DNA of 64,000 bases from Mustelus asterias (taxonomy: Eukaryota). The notes below the pieces were generated by a model that was not told the DNA's origin, ran no database searches, and was given only the letters and a program-made list of their open reading frames with translations. The translations under genes were made by a program, and so were the position numbers. Of this stretch, positions 50,401 through 62,021 are shown piece by piece; within the stretch, counting starts at the first letter, position 1, and every line of letters begins with the position of its first letter. The stretch is from the NCBI RefSeq assembly GCF_964213995.1, contig NC_135809.1, forward strand, positions 91,698,001-91,762,000. The letters are read 5' to 3'.

Positions 50401-53082
50401 AATTTGCTTGCAACATCAAAGACGAAGGCCAAGCCACTGGCGAATGGCACTACAGTCCCAAGTGATTGGAGGTCGCAGAAAGCTATTGTTTCAGAGCAAG
50501 GAATGAGTTGCCCAGTGAAGACTTTGGAGAGTTTATCATGTTTTTGAAAAAGTTGCTATTTATTGCAATTTTGGAGAATTTCAAGAGAACATGTTACAAG
50601 ACAGATTTCATTTGGTTTAAAAAGTCAACACATTCACAGTAAGTTGATGACATTGCCAAAGTTAATTTTCAACATAGCTTGCCAGACAGCTTTGTCATGG
50701 ACATGGCAGAATGTGAGAGAAGTTAGAGTTAACAACAGTCAGTCATCCTCTGAAGTAAATAAGCTGCAGTTAAATAAGCAGAAGGCCTCAGTGACAGCAG
50801 TTTTTAAAAAAAATTATTCAAGGGATATAGGCTTTGCTGGCTAGGCCAGCATTTATTGCCCATCCTTATTTCCCTTTGAGAAAGTGGTGGTGAGTTGCTT
50901 TCATGAACTGCTGCAGTCCTGTGGTGTAGCTACATCCAAAATGCTGTTAGGGAGGGAGTTTGTGGAAGGGGTGTGAATGAAGCGGGTTGCTTGGTCCAGG
51001 AGGGTGTCAAACAGGCTGTTAACCACACCATTTTTGATAAAGTATCATGAAAAGATTTTGAATTTTTTTACTTCTTTAGAAGCATGTGAAAACCAAGAAC
51101 AAGTAATTGATCTGTCAAGCCAATATCTATAAAGCCACCTATCGCAGCAGGAGTCATTAGATAGTGATCTGGAGCAGGCATATTTCTCTTTCGTAGCTCA
51201 CCTGTGCTGAGATGAATTGTGCTCCAAATACGAAACCAGCTAAGTTGGCACAGACATAGCTTGAACCGGAGATCTTCTGGTCTATATGGCTTAGTGCTAC
51301 ATTAAGCTATATGGCTGCTTTGGGTTTGCATACAATAAAATTGTATGTGCATGTGACTTTAAATGTAATGGGTCTCCAAAGTTGAGGTGTTGAAGCTCTG
51401 TTCTTTCCCTAGGTTTAAAAGGTAACCTGACGGAAGAGGCGGTTCCAATTGTTACTAGCCTGGTCCTGACAATTGGAAATCTGTTGCTTTGTCTGTACTT
51501 CTTGTTCTGGCAGACCTATGTGTTGAAAGCAGATGTAATAATCAATGCAATCCTCCTGGTAACCTATGGACTGGAGGGGATATTGGATATAATTGTCATT
51601 TCAGCTTTTGCCAGGTAATTTGATCAATTGGATCTAATTTTAAGTTCTGAAGTCAATGACACTAATACAGCATTGATAGCTGCTAACTGTCACCTTTTTT
51701 TCCCACAAGGACACATCATTTAGGAGTTTAATGTACCTGTTGGAATACTGTAACTGGCTCAATTAGTAAAGGGAGTGTGTGATTGAACCAAATAGATTAG
51801 GTTCAATCCCTCTCATATGTTTATTTCAGTAAGGACCTTATGAGTGTTAAAAGTTGACATCAGTCAGGGTTTCCATTCCTGATCACAATCCTCTGATTCC
51901 TGGTGGAACAGTACATGTGGCTTAATATTGTACAAACATTTTTGGAATACAGTTTTTTTTCATGCTTTAGGTGAGGGTGGCAAATAGAAAGCTTCCATTT
52001 TGAGCTTTCAATTTAAGATACAGAGTTGTTACAGAAAAATACCATCAAAACTGTATCATACACAATCCAAGGTTGCACATGGAATGGTAAGGTGTAATAC
52101 TTCCAAGTTGTGGATAAGATGGTTAGATGCAGAGCAAATCTTCCTGAATGATCCATGGAACATTTCTAGGTTGGCTTTTAATGGGTTAGATACAAAATAA
52201 AACCTCGATTCCAGGATAGAAATGTGCTTCAGCCTCAGAAGTAAGTACCCCTCTTGTAAAAAATTCCCATTTCTCACACCAACAATCTATTGGAGTAAAA
52301 GTACCAATTTGTACTGAATTATATGTAGTTGTGTGTTCTGGACAAAAATTTACCAGGACTTGGATTGTGACCCAAACTCAATTTACACAGAACCCTAAAA
52401 AGCATTTGGACATCAGAGGAACTTATTCTTTCTTGACTGGGTTACAACTCAATGATATAGAGATGCTGGCATTGGACTGGGGTAAGCACAGTAAGAAGTC
52501 TCACAACACCAGGTTAAAGTCCAACAGGTTTATTTGGTAGCACAAGCTTTCGGAGCGCTGCTCCTTCATCAGGTGAGTCAACTCACCTGATGAAGGAGCA
52601 GTGCTCTGAAAACTTGTGCTACCAAATAAACCTGTTGGACTTTAACCTGGTGTTGTGAGACTTCTTACTGTGTTTACAACTCAATCCCAGAGAGTAACTA
52701 CTTAGTCTGACTCACTGATTCATCTTGTACTCAATTAGCCAACAATTCCTGTCTTGGATGAGCTACTAGATGATTATCCTAGGAGTTAGCAGAAATTAGC
52801 AAAAGAAACATTGGATAGATTTTGAAACGTAACTGTGGAAGTGGTATAGTGTTAGATGCTATTCTTTCAGTGCTGGATGTGGAGTTAAATCCAGCTCAGA
52901 TATATAAAATGGCTTTCACATATACTCTTATTTGTGGATAATGACTTCACTTTAAGCAAGCGGGAAGTATTCTTCAATGTTTTGAACTTTACTGGACTAT
53001 CTTTTCAATTTGATTTCAGTAGTGCTGTTCAAAGACATTATGGTATATCTTATCTTGTATTTTGCCCAGGTTCTACGCATGA
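41437..53082 (+). CDS. TMEM80: Transmembrane protein 80 (TMEM216 paralogue), ~144 aa; join(41437..41452,43884..43900,48425..48518,48614..48706,51413..51614,53070..53082); alternative end by read-through stop at 51618
   Basis: Translation MALRKVKSAVVLSSIPLQIVYYFNMFYYSFYFLATLLMVIYKSQAFSFPDGNLALDLILLILMVILEVIRLYLGLKGNLTEEAVPIVTSLVLTIGNLLLCLYFLFWQTYVLKADVIINAILLVTYGLEGILDIIVISAFARFYA*. Motifs LSS.PLQ, YFLATLLM..YKSQ.FS.P, RLYLG..GNLTE and WQ..VL.AD match TMEM80 rather than TMEM216. Confidence 0.88.
42215..42950 (+). mobile_element. Rex1/Babar-like LINE 3' fragment
   Basis: Encodes remnants [21 protein letters not shown] and [29 protein letters not shown]; tail caataataaatcaaatcaaa. Confidence 0.72.
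43884..43900 (+). CDS. TMEM80: TMEM80 17-nt microexon (V-K-S-A-V-V)
   Basis: ttttgctttacag|TGAAATCTGCTGTTGTT|gtatcctttg (U12 donor); phase 1 to phase 0. Confidence 0.85.
43961..45232 (-). mobile_element. Young 5'-truncated CR1 LINE with uninterrupted RT C-terminal ORF
   Basis: ORF 44054..45310(-) contains [22 protein letters not shown](V)DDTK and [10 protein letters not shown]; 3' tail (TTCTTATG)n; CpGs retained. Confidence 0.93.
45480..46135 (-). mobile_element. CR1-like family B 3' fragment
   Basis: Homologous to 8740-9400 and 58400-59058. Confidence 0.7.
46880..47728. mobile_element. Palindromic Penelope-like insertion (two ~400-bp inverted arms) with 12-bp target-site duplication
   Basis: Arms are mirrored around ~47285; TTACAGTACTTA flanks at 46868-46879 and 47729-47740. 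Confidence 0.85.
47594..47634 (+). ncRNA. Minimal hammerhead ribozyme (Penelope)
   Basis: tcac-CTGACGA-A-GGAGC..GCTCC-GAAA-GCTA-gtgg; mirror copy on the minus strand at 46938-46974. Confidence 0.72.
48425..48518 (+). CDS. TMEM80: TMEM80 exon 3 (94 nt)
   Basis: LSSIPLQIVYYFNMFYYSFYFLATLLMVIYK; A|gtaagt. Confidence 0.92.
48614..48706 (+). CDS. TMEM80: TMEM80 exon 4 (93 nt)
   Basis: SQAFSFPDGNLALDLILLILMVILEVIRLYLG; tag|...|gtaaga. Confidence 0.92.
51413..51614 (+). CDS. TMEM80: TMEM80 exon 5 (202 nt; reads AGG TAA to 51618 if unspliced)
   Basis: GLKGNLTEEAVP...IIVISAFA; tag|...AG|gtaatt. Confidence 0.92.
52454..52673. mobile_element. Miniature palindromic Penelope-derived element with two back-to-back hammerhead motifs
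   Basis: ~90-bp inverted arms centred at ~52580; flanking direct repeat TTACAACTCAAT at 52442-52453 and 52674-52685; hammerheads at 52541-52576(-) and 52583-52618(+). Confidence 0.8.
53070..53082 (+). CDS. TMEM80: TMEM80 candidate last coding exon (R-F-Y-A-stop)
   Basis: tcttgtattttgcccag|G TTC TAC GCA TGA; downstream AATAAA at 53572-53577. Confidence 0.5.
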
Positions 53083-55537
53083 TGTGACTGGAATGACGCA
53101 TCATTTGTTTAGGCTACCAAGACATTCCCACCATCTGGAGCTATTTGCAGTTTGCGTCAATAGGATCAAAACTACATTTTTTATATTTAAATTTTATTTT
53201 TGTAGGGGATTTTTGGGTAAGTTTCTCCTATGTATTTCTGACCTCCGTTTTATCTGATACCTGCAGCCAGGAGGATCCACTGATTGCCCGCATGTTGCTG
53301 GTATTGTTCCCCGCACTAAGATATACCAGACACTATCTTGCACTCAATATTCTTCAGATTGGGAGCTGGGCTGCGGCAGTGGCGTTGAACCGGCATCCAC
53401 CCAAGCTTTGTGCTCTGCAGTGAATGATGTCATTTTGTCGTCAATTCACTGAGATCATGATTATTCTTAATTTCAGCTCATTTGGAGGGAAATGGAATTT
53501 TCTGAAGAGAATACAAGTTCCAAGGATGTTTCAGATCATAAGTTGTAACAGTTTTATAATATTTGTATCACAATAAAAGCATTTATACCGAATAGAAATC
53601 TCGATTAAATTCTGGTTGTTCTATAGTAAGATATTCTTTTTCCAGCTATTAACCAATTGGTGGGGTGCAGTAGTGGGTACATGGAAATTTTGTGCTAAGT
53701 CCCACTTAAACTGTGGACAAACATCAAGTGAATTGACTTAACAGTCAATGATCACTGTCCACTGTCAACTTTTATAGACAGGCACTTTTTCTGCTCCATA
53801 TTTCAGTTATGCAGTTCTGTTGGTGACAAAGACCTTTTGGGATCTTGAACAGGTCTGTGTAAGCACCTGGACACACATCTGGCAGGCTATTCAACTACAG
53901 CAAGTCCCATTTTAGTAGTCCTGTTTGCTTTAAAATTGTGCTGCTTTTAGGGCCAGTAGCCTCGATTTACATCTTAAATTGTGAATTAGTATCATTATTC
54001 ATCATCTTTGCACACCATTTTAAAGGCCATTTTAAAGCCAGTGTAATGCTTTAGAGATGTGCTTAAAATATTGCTGAAGAGGTCAAACATTACTGACTCA
54101 TGGTGCCAGACCAAATTGGGAGAATCTTCATTTGGGAAGACACCGAAACATGTGGAAGAGAGGTCAAGATGGCAGTGAGAATGCAAAAACCTCCAAACAA
54201 CTCCTTTAACTTACCATCCAAGAAACAGCTGACCTACATGTAGCAGTTTGCAGATCCCACATTAAACTTCGAAGTTATCTCTGAACCCAATGAACCAAAG
54301 TCAAGTCATCCCCAAACCCAAGATATTGCCTAAGAAGAAAGAGAGACTGATCAATTTAGAGGACTTGAATAATTATTTGAAGAGAACCAATGTGAAAGAG
54401 TATTGGGAATAAGCAGGAGAATGGCACTAAATGCTTATTTGGAGAGCTGGTGCACCTTATCACTGAGTGTTAATTGAATTTATATAGTATTTTACTAGGA
54501 ATAAACAGTACTACACATTTGTTGTGCAGTTTTTCCAATTTGTACATGGGGTGAGAATTGGCCAAAATAAATTAATTTCGGTTTTAACATCGATTCCTGT
54601 GGGAACCTTTGATTTACTTGAAGTTATTTCATTTAAAAGTCACAATTTTCAGGAATGCAACGACTTTAATTGAAGACCTACTGTTTGATCAACTTGATCC
54701 TTTGTTCTCTGAATTTTAGAAGTGATCAGGTGCAAGAGATCTGAACACTAGATTGCCTTGTTCACCCTGATTAAACTTAAAAAGTACTTGGGTATGCACT
54801 TGAAGTATCGTAACCCACAATCTTACAGACCAAGTTATGGAAAGTAGGATGAGACTGGATAGCTTTTTATTGGCTAGAACAGATAATGATGAACTGAATG
54901 ACCTCCCTTCATGCTGTAAATTTATATAAGTAATTTTTGAATTGGTGGCAGAGGAAGGAGGTAGTGTACGATTACAAATCATGGTCCCTTGCTGAGATCA
55001 GCTAACTCACTTAGGTTGACCTCGAATAACTCAGTCCAATACCATCCACATGCTACACCTAACTATTGAGCTATTTTGGACAGGTGGAGTGGGATTAGGT
55101 GGATTGTTCTTAGAGAGCTGACATGGACTTGACAGGCCGAATGGCCTTCTCTTGTGCTGTAATTATTCTATGATTGTATAAAAGAGATCAGGCCATCTTT
55201 CAGAAAACCGGCTTATTTATTTTCAAACGATCAGCTTCAATCTTTTTTGTATAATGCTATAAATAGTTCAATTTTGGCCAAAGAATTTGACAGAAGTCAA
55301 TCAGTTCCGAAACAAAACTACTGATATTTCAGGGGCTGGAACTTTGTTGAATAAGATCCCGTTGAGCTCATATATAAACAGGTAGTGACTCACACCTCAA
55401 AAGTAGGCAGTGATACCGCACTCATTTTTAAAGGTATTAAACTTGTTAATATTTAAACTTCTGAATTTGTTTATTTTAACTGCAGATCTTAAGTAAAACA
55501 ATTATCAGCAGTCCATTTATGAGCAAGTAATCCGATA

Positions 55538-55668
55538 TTAATTTTTGTTCTCAAAGAGATAATCGAGAGCAGGCTGCCCTATCCTTTGCTCCATGTTGCG
55601 ATTTTTGGTGAACTCCTTCAGCAAGGTCATTACTTCATTATCAAATTCTGGAGGAGTTGGCTTGGTTT
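55538..55668 (-). CDS. SDHAF2: SDHAF2 exon 4
   Basis: cag|AA ACC AAG CCA...AAA AAT TAA on the minus strand. Confidence 0.93.
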
Positions 55669-58600
55669 CTGTTCAGGTGAAGATGATAAAAAACAAAGGT
55701 CACAAAAATCACAACCTATATAGTGTGTCTAAGCTCCAGATTGACTATGAGACTGCAGATTGATCCCAATACCCTCTTCAACCCACAAACAGCACAATTA
55801 CTACCTAATGATTAAATTTTGAAAAATTTAAATTGGATGATGGGTGAATGGCAGATTTCCTCCCTTTTCTGATGGCTCGTCTTTTGGGTTACAACTTCAT
55901 AATATTCAACAGCCCTTCAGCATGAGAAAATGTCTTATATTTCATATGTGAATTTAGACAATGGGTATCTACTTGACTATTAAGGATATTACAGGCAAGC
56001 TGACTGAGGACCATCAACATCTTCAGGAATTATTGGATAATAATCAAATGTAAATTGCTAATACAAGGACCTGGAAAAAAGTTCTTAAGCTGCTGGTTCA
56101 AGCACAAAATAGTGCAATTGTAAAGGCTGCTTTCCTCCCTCAACTTCCTTAATGCTGACTTTTGTGTAAAACCCAAAGGGAACAGTTTTATCTACAGCAT
56201 TGCCTGAGTTAGCTAATCTGAACTGGTATAGTGGTAAAGCAATCTGCTTCAGTGCCAGGAAGGAGTTTTGCTCCTTGGCACTATGTCATGTTTCTAAGGG
56301 TGCATATCAACAGCGATATCCTTAAATAGTTTTTCCCTCCTGAGGACTGAGACAATGAGACTAATTATACTGCTCTCATTTATGCCTCAGTTATCTGCTA
56401 ACAGTGTAATACTGACAGATGTTCCTGTTCTCTAAAGGTTAGTACCACAACATGCCACACTTATCCATTGAATCATTGGAGGTTGGGAATTACTTTTTTG
56501 GATGAAGTTAAAACATAAAAGCAATTCATAAATCAACTATTTACTATACAATAACTAATTACTTTCTAATTTTGAGGTTGGGGAATAAGGCAAGCGAAGA
56601 GGGAGCATTGTTTGTCTGTACATACCTGTTATCCAGTAGTAAATGTCCCAATCATTGGTTGGTTGATTTATCAGTTTATCATACAAGCTCAGTTGCTTCG
56701 CTGTCATTTTATTTAGATATTGTTTGGCAAAGAAACTGAAATAAGAAAGTTATCAAGCATAACCCATTGTAATCAAAACATTGTTTTTAATTTCTAGCTC
56801 TAGTGTATGAGAGTCATTAGTTATCGACCTGTAATGTTAACTCTGTTTCTCGCCATAGATGTTGCCTGACCTGCTGAATATTTCTAGCATTTTCTGTTTT
56901 TATCTTGCATTTAGGCAGTTTTGTTCTTATTCAATGTCAGATATATGTGATTAATTTTATTTTGTCAGCAGTAGGGACTATTTTGTATTTTGGGTATTAG
57001 CACCAGTACTAGTAGTAAGTATTCTGATGAATGGTCGGGACTTGAAACATTAATTGTTTCTCCACAGTTGCCAGACCTGCTGAGTATCTCCATTATTTTC
57101 TGTTTTTATATTAAATATTCTCAAGTTAGGTGAAACGCTGCAGAGGTCCCCAGCATCACAGATACCAGTCTTCACACTCCATGTGATATCAAGAAATGGC
57201 TGAAGGCGCGGTATACTACAAAGGCTATGGGCCCTGACAATATTACGGCAATAGTACTGAAGACTTGTGCTCCTGAACTTGCCAAGCCCCTAGCCAAGCT
57301 GTTCCAGTATGGCTGCAACGTTGTCATCTACCCGACAATGTGGAAATTTATGTATGTCCGGTGCACAAAAAGCAGGACAAATCCAGCCTGGCCAATTATC
57401 ACCCCATCAGTCTACTTTCAATCATTAAAGTGATGAAAGGGGTCAAAAGTGCTATCAAGCAGCATTTGCTTAACAATAATATACTCATTGATGCTTAGGT
57501 TGGATCCTGACAGGGCCACTCAGTTCCTGACCTCATGACAGCCTTGGTTCAAACATGAATAAAACAGCTGAACTCCAGAGGTAAGGTAAGAGTGACTGTC
57601 CTTAACATCAAGGCAGCATTTGACTGAGTGTGCCATCAACGAGCCCTAGCAAGACTACAGTCAATGATTGCAGGGGGAAATCTCTCTGTTGGCTGGAGTC
57701 ATACTCAATGCAAAGAAAAATGGTTGTGGATGTTGGAAGTCAATCATCTCAGTCTCAGAATATTTTCTGTTTTTATATTAAATATTCTCAAGTTAGGTGA
57801 AACGCTGCATAGGTCCCCAGCATCACAGATCTTCAGCTGCTTCATTAATGATCTTTCTTCCATCATAAGGTCAGAAGTGGGGATGTTCGCTGATGATTTT
57901 ACAATGTTCAACCCTATTCATGATGATTCAGATATTGAAGCAGCCCATCTGCCCATGGGGTGGCATGGTAGCGCAGTGGTTAGCACTGCTGCTTCACAGC
58001 TCCAGGGTCCCGGGTTCGATTCCCGGCTCGGGTCACTGTCTGTGTGGAGTTTGCACATTCTCCTCGTGTCTGCGTGGGTTTCCTCCCACAGTCCAAAGAT
58101 GTGCAGGTTAGGTTGATTGGCCAGGTTAAAAAATTGCCCCTTAGAGTCCTAAGATGCGTAGGTTAGAGGGATTAGCGGGTAAATATGTGGGGGTAGGGCC
58201 TCGGTGGGATTGTGGTCGGTGCAGACTCGATGGGCCGAATGGCCTCCTTCTGCACTGTAGGGTTTCTATGATCTCCTAATACATTCAGGCCAGTACAATA
58301 TCCAGGCTTGGACAGACAATTGGCAAGTAACATTTGCACCATGCAAGTGCCAGGCAATGGCCATCTCAAACAAGAGAAAATCTCACAATCACCCACTTGA
58401 CAATCAATAGCATTATCATTGCTAAATCGCACACTATCAACATCCTGGGGGTTACCATCGACTGGAAATTGAACTGGACTTGCCATATGAATACTGTGGC
58501 TAAAAGAGCAGGTCAGAGGCTAGGAATCCTGTGGGGAGTAACTCACCTCCTGACTCTCAAGTCTGTCCACCATCTACAGGGCACAAGTCAGTTGTATGAT

Positions 58601-61600
58601 GGAATATGGGCCACTTGCCTGGACGAACTCAACACCATCCAGGACAGAGCAGTCTGCTTGATTGGTATCCCATCCACAAATATTCATTTCCTCCACTACC
58701 TATGCACAGTGGCAGCAGTGTGTACCATCTACAAGATGCCCTGCAGGAATTCAATCCTCCTTAGCTCCTTCCAAATTCAAGACTGCTGCCATCTAAAAGG
58801 ATAGGGGCAGCAGCTACATGGGAATACCGCCACCTGCACGCATCATCCTGACTTGAATATATATCGCTGTTCCTTCAGCGTCACTTGGTCAACATCCTGG
58901 AACTCACTCCCTAACTGCACTGTAGGTGTACTACACCATGTAGATTGCAGCGGTTCAAGGAAGCAGCTCACTACCACCTTCTCAAGGGCAATTAGGGATC
59001 GAGAATAAATGCTGGCCTAGACAGCGACACCCACGTTCCTATGAATGAATGAAAAAAAGCTTCTACATTGTCTCAAATAGCATTCAGCAAAGTGCCACGA
59101 GAAACATTACAACTGGAAAAAGCAGTATAACCATGAGACAATGCCGTTGCCAGTTAGTTAAACACCAAAGCAGATGATAATTCAGATCTTCAAATTCAAA
59201 GTCCACTTTTTTTACCTCAGTAGGATGCAGTTCTCTAGCATTCCCCGCTTGCGGCTCTCATACAGCAGACGTGCTCGCTTTGTATCCAGTGGCTCATTGG
59301 TTCGCTCTTCCCATGGAGGCAGCAGTATCTGAAAAATGTCTCTCATTTCATCATCAGGAGTATCTCCACGATATGCTCGGACAGAGCAAGCACCAAGTAC
59401 AGTACGTATAACGTTTTGTCTGGACAGGCTCAGAACCTGCAAAGGGACAAGATGGAGATTCTGTCAATCCTCAGCATATTAATCGCTTCCTGAGCTCTTG
59501 AATATCTCTTGATTATCAACTGATTGTCAAATATCCTGAAATTGGAGTCTATTATCAGTTAAAAAGATTCCCTCATTATGATTTTTGTACACATTACAAT
59601 GAGGCATTGCATAGTCTGACTGACTGTATTACCTGGGCTCAATTAGTTATCTACAAATGGTGATACAGTGTACTAAGATACAACAGCTGAAGTTTCTGTC
59701 ACCAACAGTAGAGTGGAGATAGTAGATCATAGCTGGATGAGTACGTAACTTTAGAGTATATAATTTTACTGAAGGAGACCATTCAGTCTATTGTGCCTAT
59801 GTGAATGCTTTGAAAGCATTATCCAATTAAACCCACTCACCTACTTTTTCTCCATCGCCCTGCAATTTTCTCCCCTACAGCTATTTATCCAATTCCCATT
59901 TAAAAGTTTCTATTAAATCTGCTTTAACCAAACGTTTGGGCAAAGCATTTAGATCATTACCCACTTTTAATATCCAGAGCTCTGATTAAAACTGAAATTC
60001 TTTTCATAAATGATGCATTGTGCATTACCAACATTTTCTCTCATTTCAAATTTATAATTTTTCATTTTTTCATCATTTTCTTATTACTGTGATAAATTCA
60101 AGGCAACCAGCTTACAGATTTCATAGAAGATCAACCAGATTGTGGAATATGATCCCAAAATACTGATGAAAAATCTCAAGAGATGCACATGTTGAGAGAG
60201 GGGAATGTGCCATGAGACCTAGTTATTCTTGTACACCAGACGCTGAAGTTAAGCATGCAGATGCAGCAGGCAGTAAAGTAGGTAAATGGTATGTTGGCCT
60301 TCATAGCGAGAGGATTCAAGTACAGGAGCAGAGATGTATTGGTAAGGCTACACCTGGAATTTTGATTTGATTTATTGTCACATGTATTGGGATACAGAGA
60401 AAAGTATTGTTTCTTGCGTGCTATAGACAAAACTTACCATTCATTAGAGTACATAGGGGAGAAGGAAAGGAGAGGATGCAGAATATAGTGTTACAGTCAT
60501 AGCCAGGGTGAAGAGAAAGATCAACTTAATATAAGGTAGGTCCATTCAAAAGTCTGATGGCAGCAGAGCTGTTCCTGAGACGGTTGGCACATGACCTCAG
60601 ACTTGTGTATATTTTTCCCGATGGAAGAAGGTGGAAGAGAGTATGTCCAGGTGTGTGGGGTCTTTGATTATGCTGGCTGGTTTCCCGAGGCAGCAGGAAG
60701 TGCACACTGAGTCAATGGATGGGAGGCTGGTTTGCATGATGGACTGGGCTACGTTCACAATCCTTTATAGTTTCTTGGTCAAAGTAGGAGCCATACCAAG
60801 CTGTGATACATCCGGAAAGGATGCTTTCAATGGTGCATCTGTAATATTGGTGAGAGTTGTAGTGCACGTGCAAATTTCCTTAGCCTCCTGAGAAAGTCGA
60901 GGCGTTGGTGGGCATTCTTAACTATAAGGCCAACATGAAAGGACCAAGACAGGTTGGTGATCTGGACACCTAGAAACTTGAAGCTCTTGACCATTTCCAC
61001 TTCATCACCGTTGATGTAGACAGGGGCATGTCCTCCAGTGCGCCTCCTTCGTTTCACTGACATTGAGGGAGAGATTATTGTCATTGCACCATTTCACCAG
61101 ATTCTCTATCTTTCCTGTCCTTCGTCTCATCATTGTGTGAGCTGGTGTGCAGTTTTGGTCTCCCTATCTGAAAAAGAATGTTCTTGCTATAGAGAGAGTG
61201 CAGCAAAGGTTTACCAGACTGATTCAGGGATGGTGGGAATGATGTACATGGAGAGATTGAGTTGGTTAGAGTTCAGAAGAATGTGGGGAATGTAGGGTGG
61301 GATTGTCGTCGGTGCAGGCTCAATGGCCTCCTTCTGCACTGTAGGCATAATGACCTCATAAAAATCTATAAAATTCTAACAGGACTAGATAGAGTAGATG
61401 CAGAAAGGTTGTTCCCAATGGTGGGGGAAATCCAGAACCAGAGAACATAGGCTAAGGGATGAGGGGTAAACCTTTTAGGACTGAAATGAAGAGAAATTTC
61501 TTACCCCAGAATGGTGAGCCTGTGGAATTCTCCACCACAAAAAGTAATTGAGGCCAAAACATTGTATGTTTTCAAGAAGGAGTTAAGTATAGTTCTTGGG

Positions 61601-62021
61601 GCAAAAGGGATCAAAGGATACAAGGGGAAGGTGGGATCAGGCTATGATCATATTGAATGGTGGGAAAGTCCAAAGGGTCTACTCCTGCTCCTATTTTCCA
61701 TGTTATTGAAGGCACAATTAAAGTGGGACTGCACAGTTTTTTCCCTTTCATATTACGTATAGGAACAGGAGCCCAAAGGCAGGGGAATGGCACTAAGTGA
61801 TGATACTCATTTTGGGATCCAGTGCAAATGCGATGGGCCGAATGGCCTCCTCCTGTGCAATAACAATTCTGTGATTTTTGACTTTAACCCTTTTAGCCCC
61901 AGTATGGTTCTGGTGAATCTGAGCAGCGCCTTTCCGAGGCCTGAATGCATATCCTTGTTGAAAATTAAACCCAGCTCCCCGGCTGTCTGCCGCTTTTACT
62001 CACATTCCGCACCACCGACAT
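55538..62021 (-). CDS. SDHAF2: Succinate dehydrogenase assembly factor 2, mitochondrial, 159 aa; complement(join(55538..55668,56626..56735,59216..59436,62004..62021))
   Basis: [17 protein letters not shown]...[114 protein letters not shown]; Sdh5/SdhE RKRGMLE motif; canonical splice sites. Confidence 0.96.
56626..56735 (-). CDS. SDHAF2: SDHAF2 exon 3 (110 nt)
   Basis: FFAKQYL...[10 protein letters not shown]; ttcag|...G|gtatgt. Confidence 0.94.
57135..59058 (+). mobile_element. CR1-like family B LINE fragment with inserted SINE
   Basis: [26 protein letters not shown] and FINDL..GMFADD; 3' end aataaatgctggcc..atgaatgaatgaaaaaaa. Confidence 0.82.
57958..58270 (+). mobile_element. HE1-like SINE inserted in LINE
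   Basis: A/B boxes ggtagcgcagtgg / gggttcgattccc; tail actgtagggtttctatg. Confidence 0.8.
59216..59436 (-). CDS. SDHAF2: SDHAF2 exon 2 (221 nt)
   Basis: Matches ORF 59212..59442; ttgcag|GTT CTG...CTG AG|gtaaaa. Confidence 0.95.
60150..61705 (+). mobile_element. CR1 fragment split by a Rex1/Babar-like insertion
   Basis: gtaaggctacacctggaat|...|tgtgcagttttggtctccc resumes after the insertion. Confidence 0.7.
60361..61135 (-). mobile_element. Rex1/Babar-like LINE 3' fragment
   Basis: Tail tttgatttgatttattgtcacatg; ORF 60827..61084 [21 protein letters not shown]...[12 protein letters not shown]. Confidence 0.7.
62004..62021 (-). CDS. SDHAF2: SDHAF2 exon 1 coding part (MSVVRN)
   Basis: gaagATGTCGGTGGTGCGGAAT|gtgagt on the minus strand; phase 0 fits exon 2. 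Confidence 0.8.

Noticed and set aside
53418-53451. Hairpin cagtgaat...attcactg downstream of the TMEM80 TGA as a SECIS
   Set aside because: It lacks the SECIS non-Watson-Crick quartet geometry and apical AA, and this family is not known to include selenoproteins.
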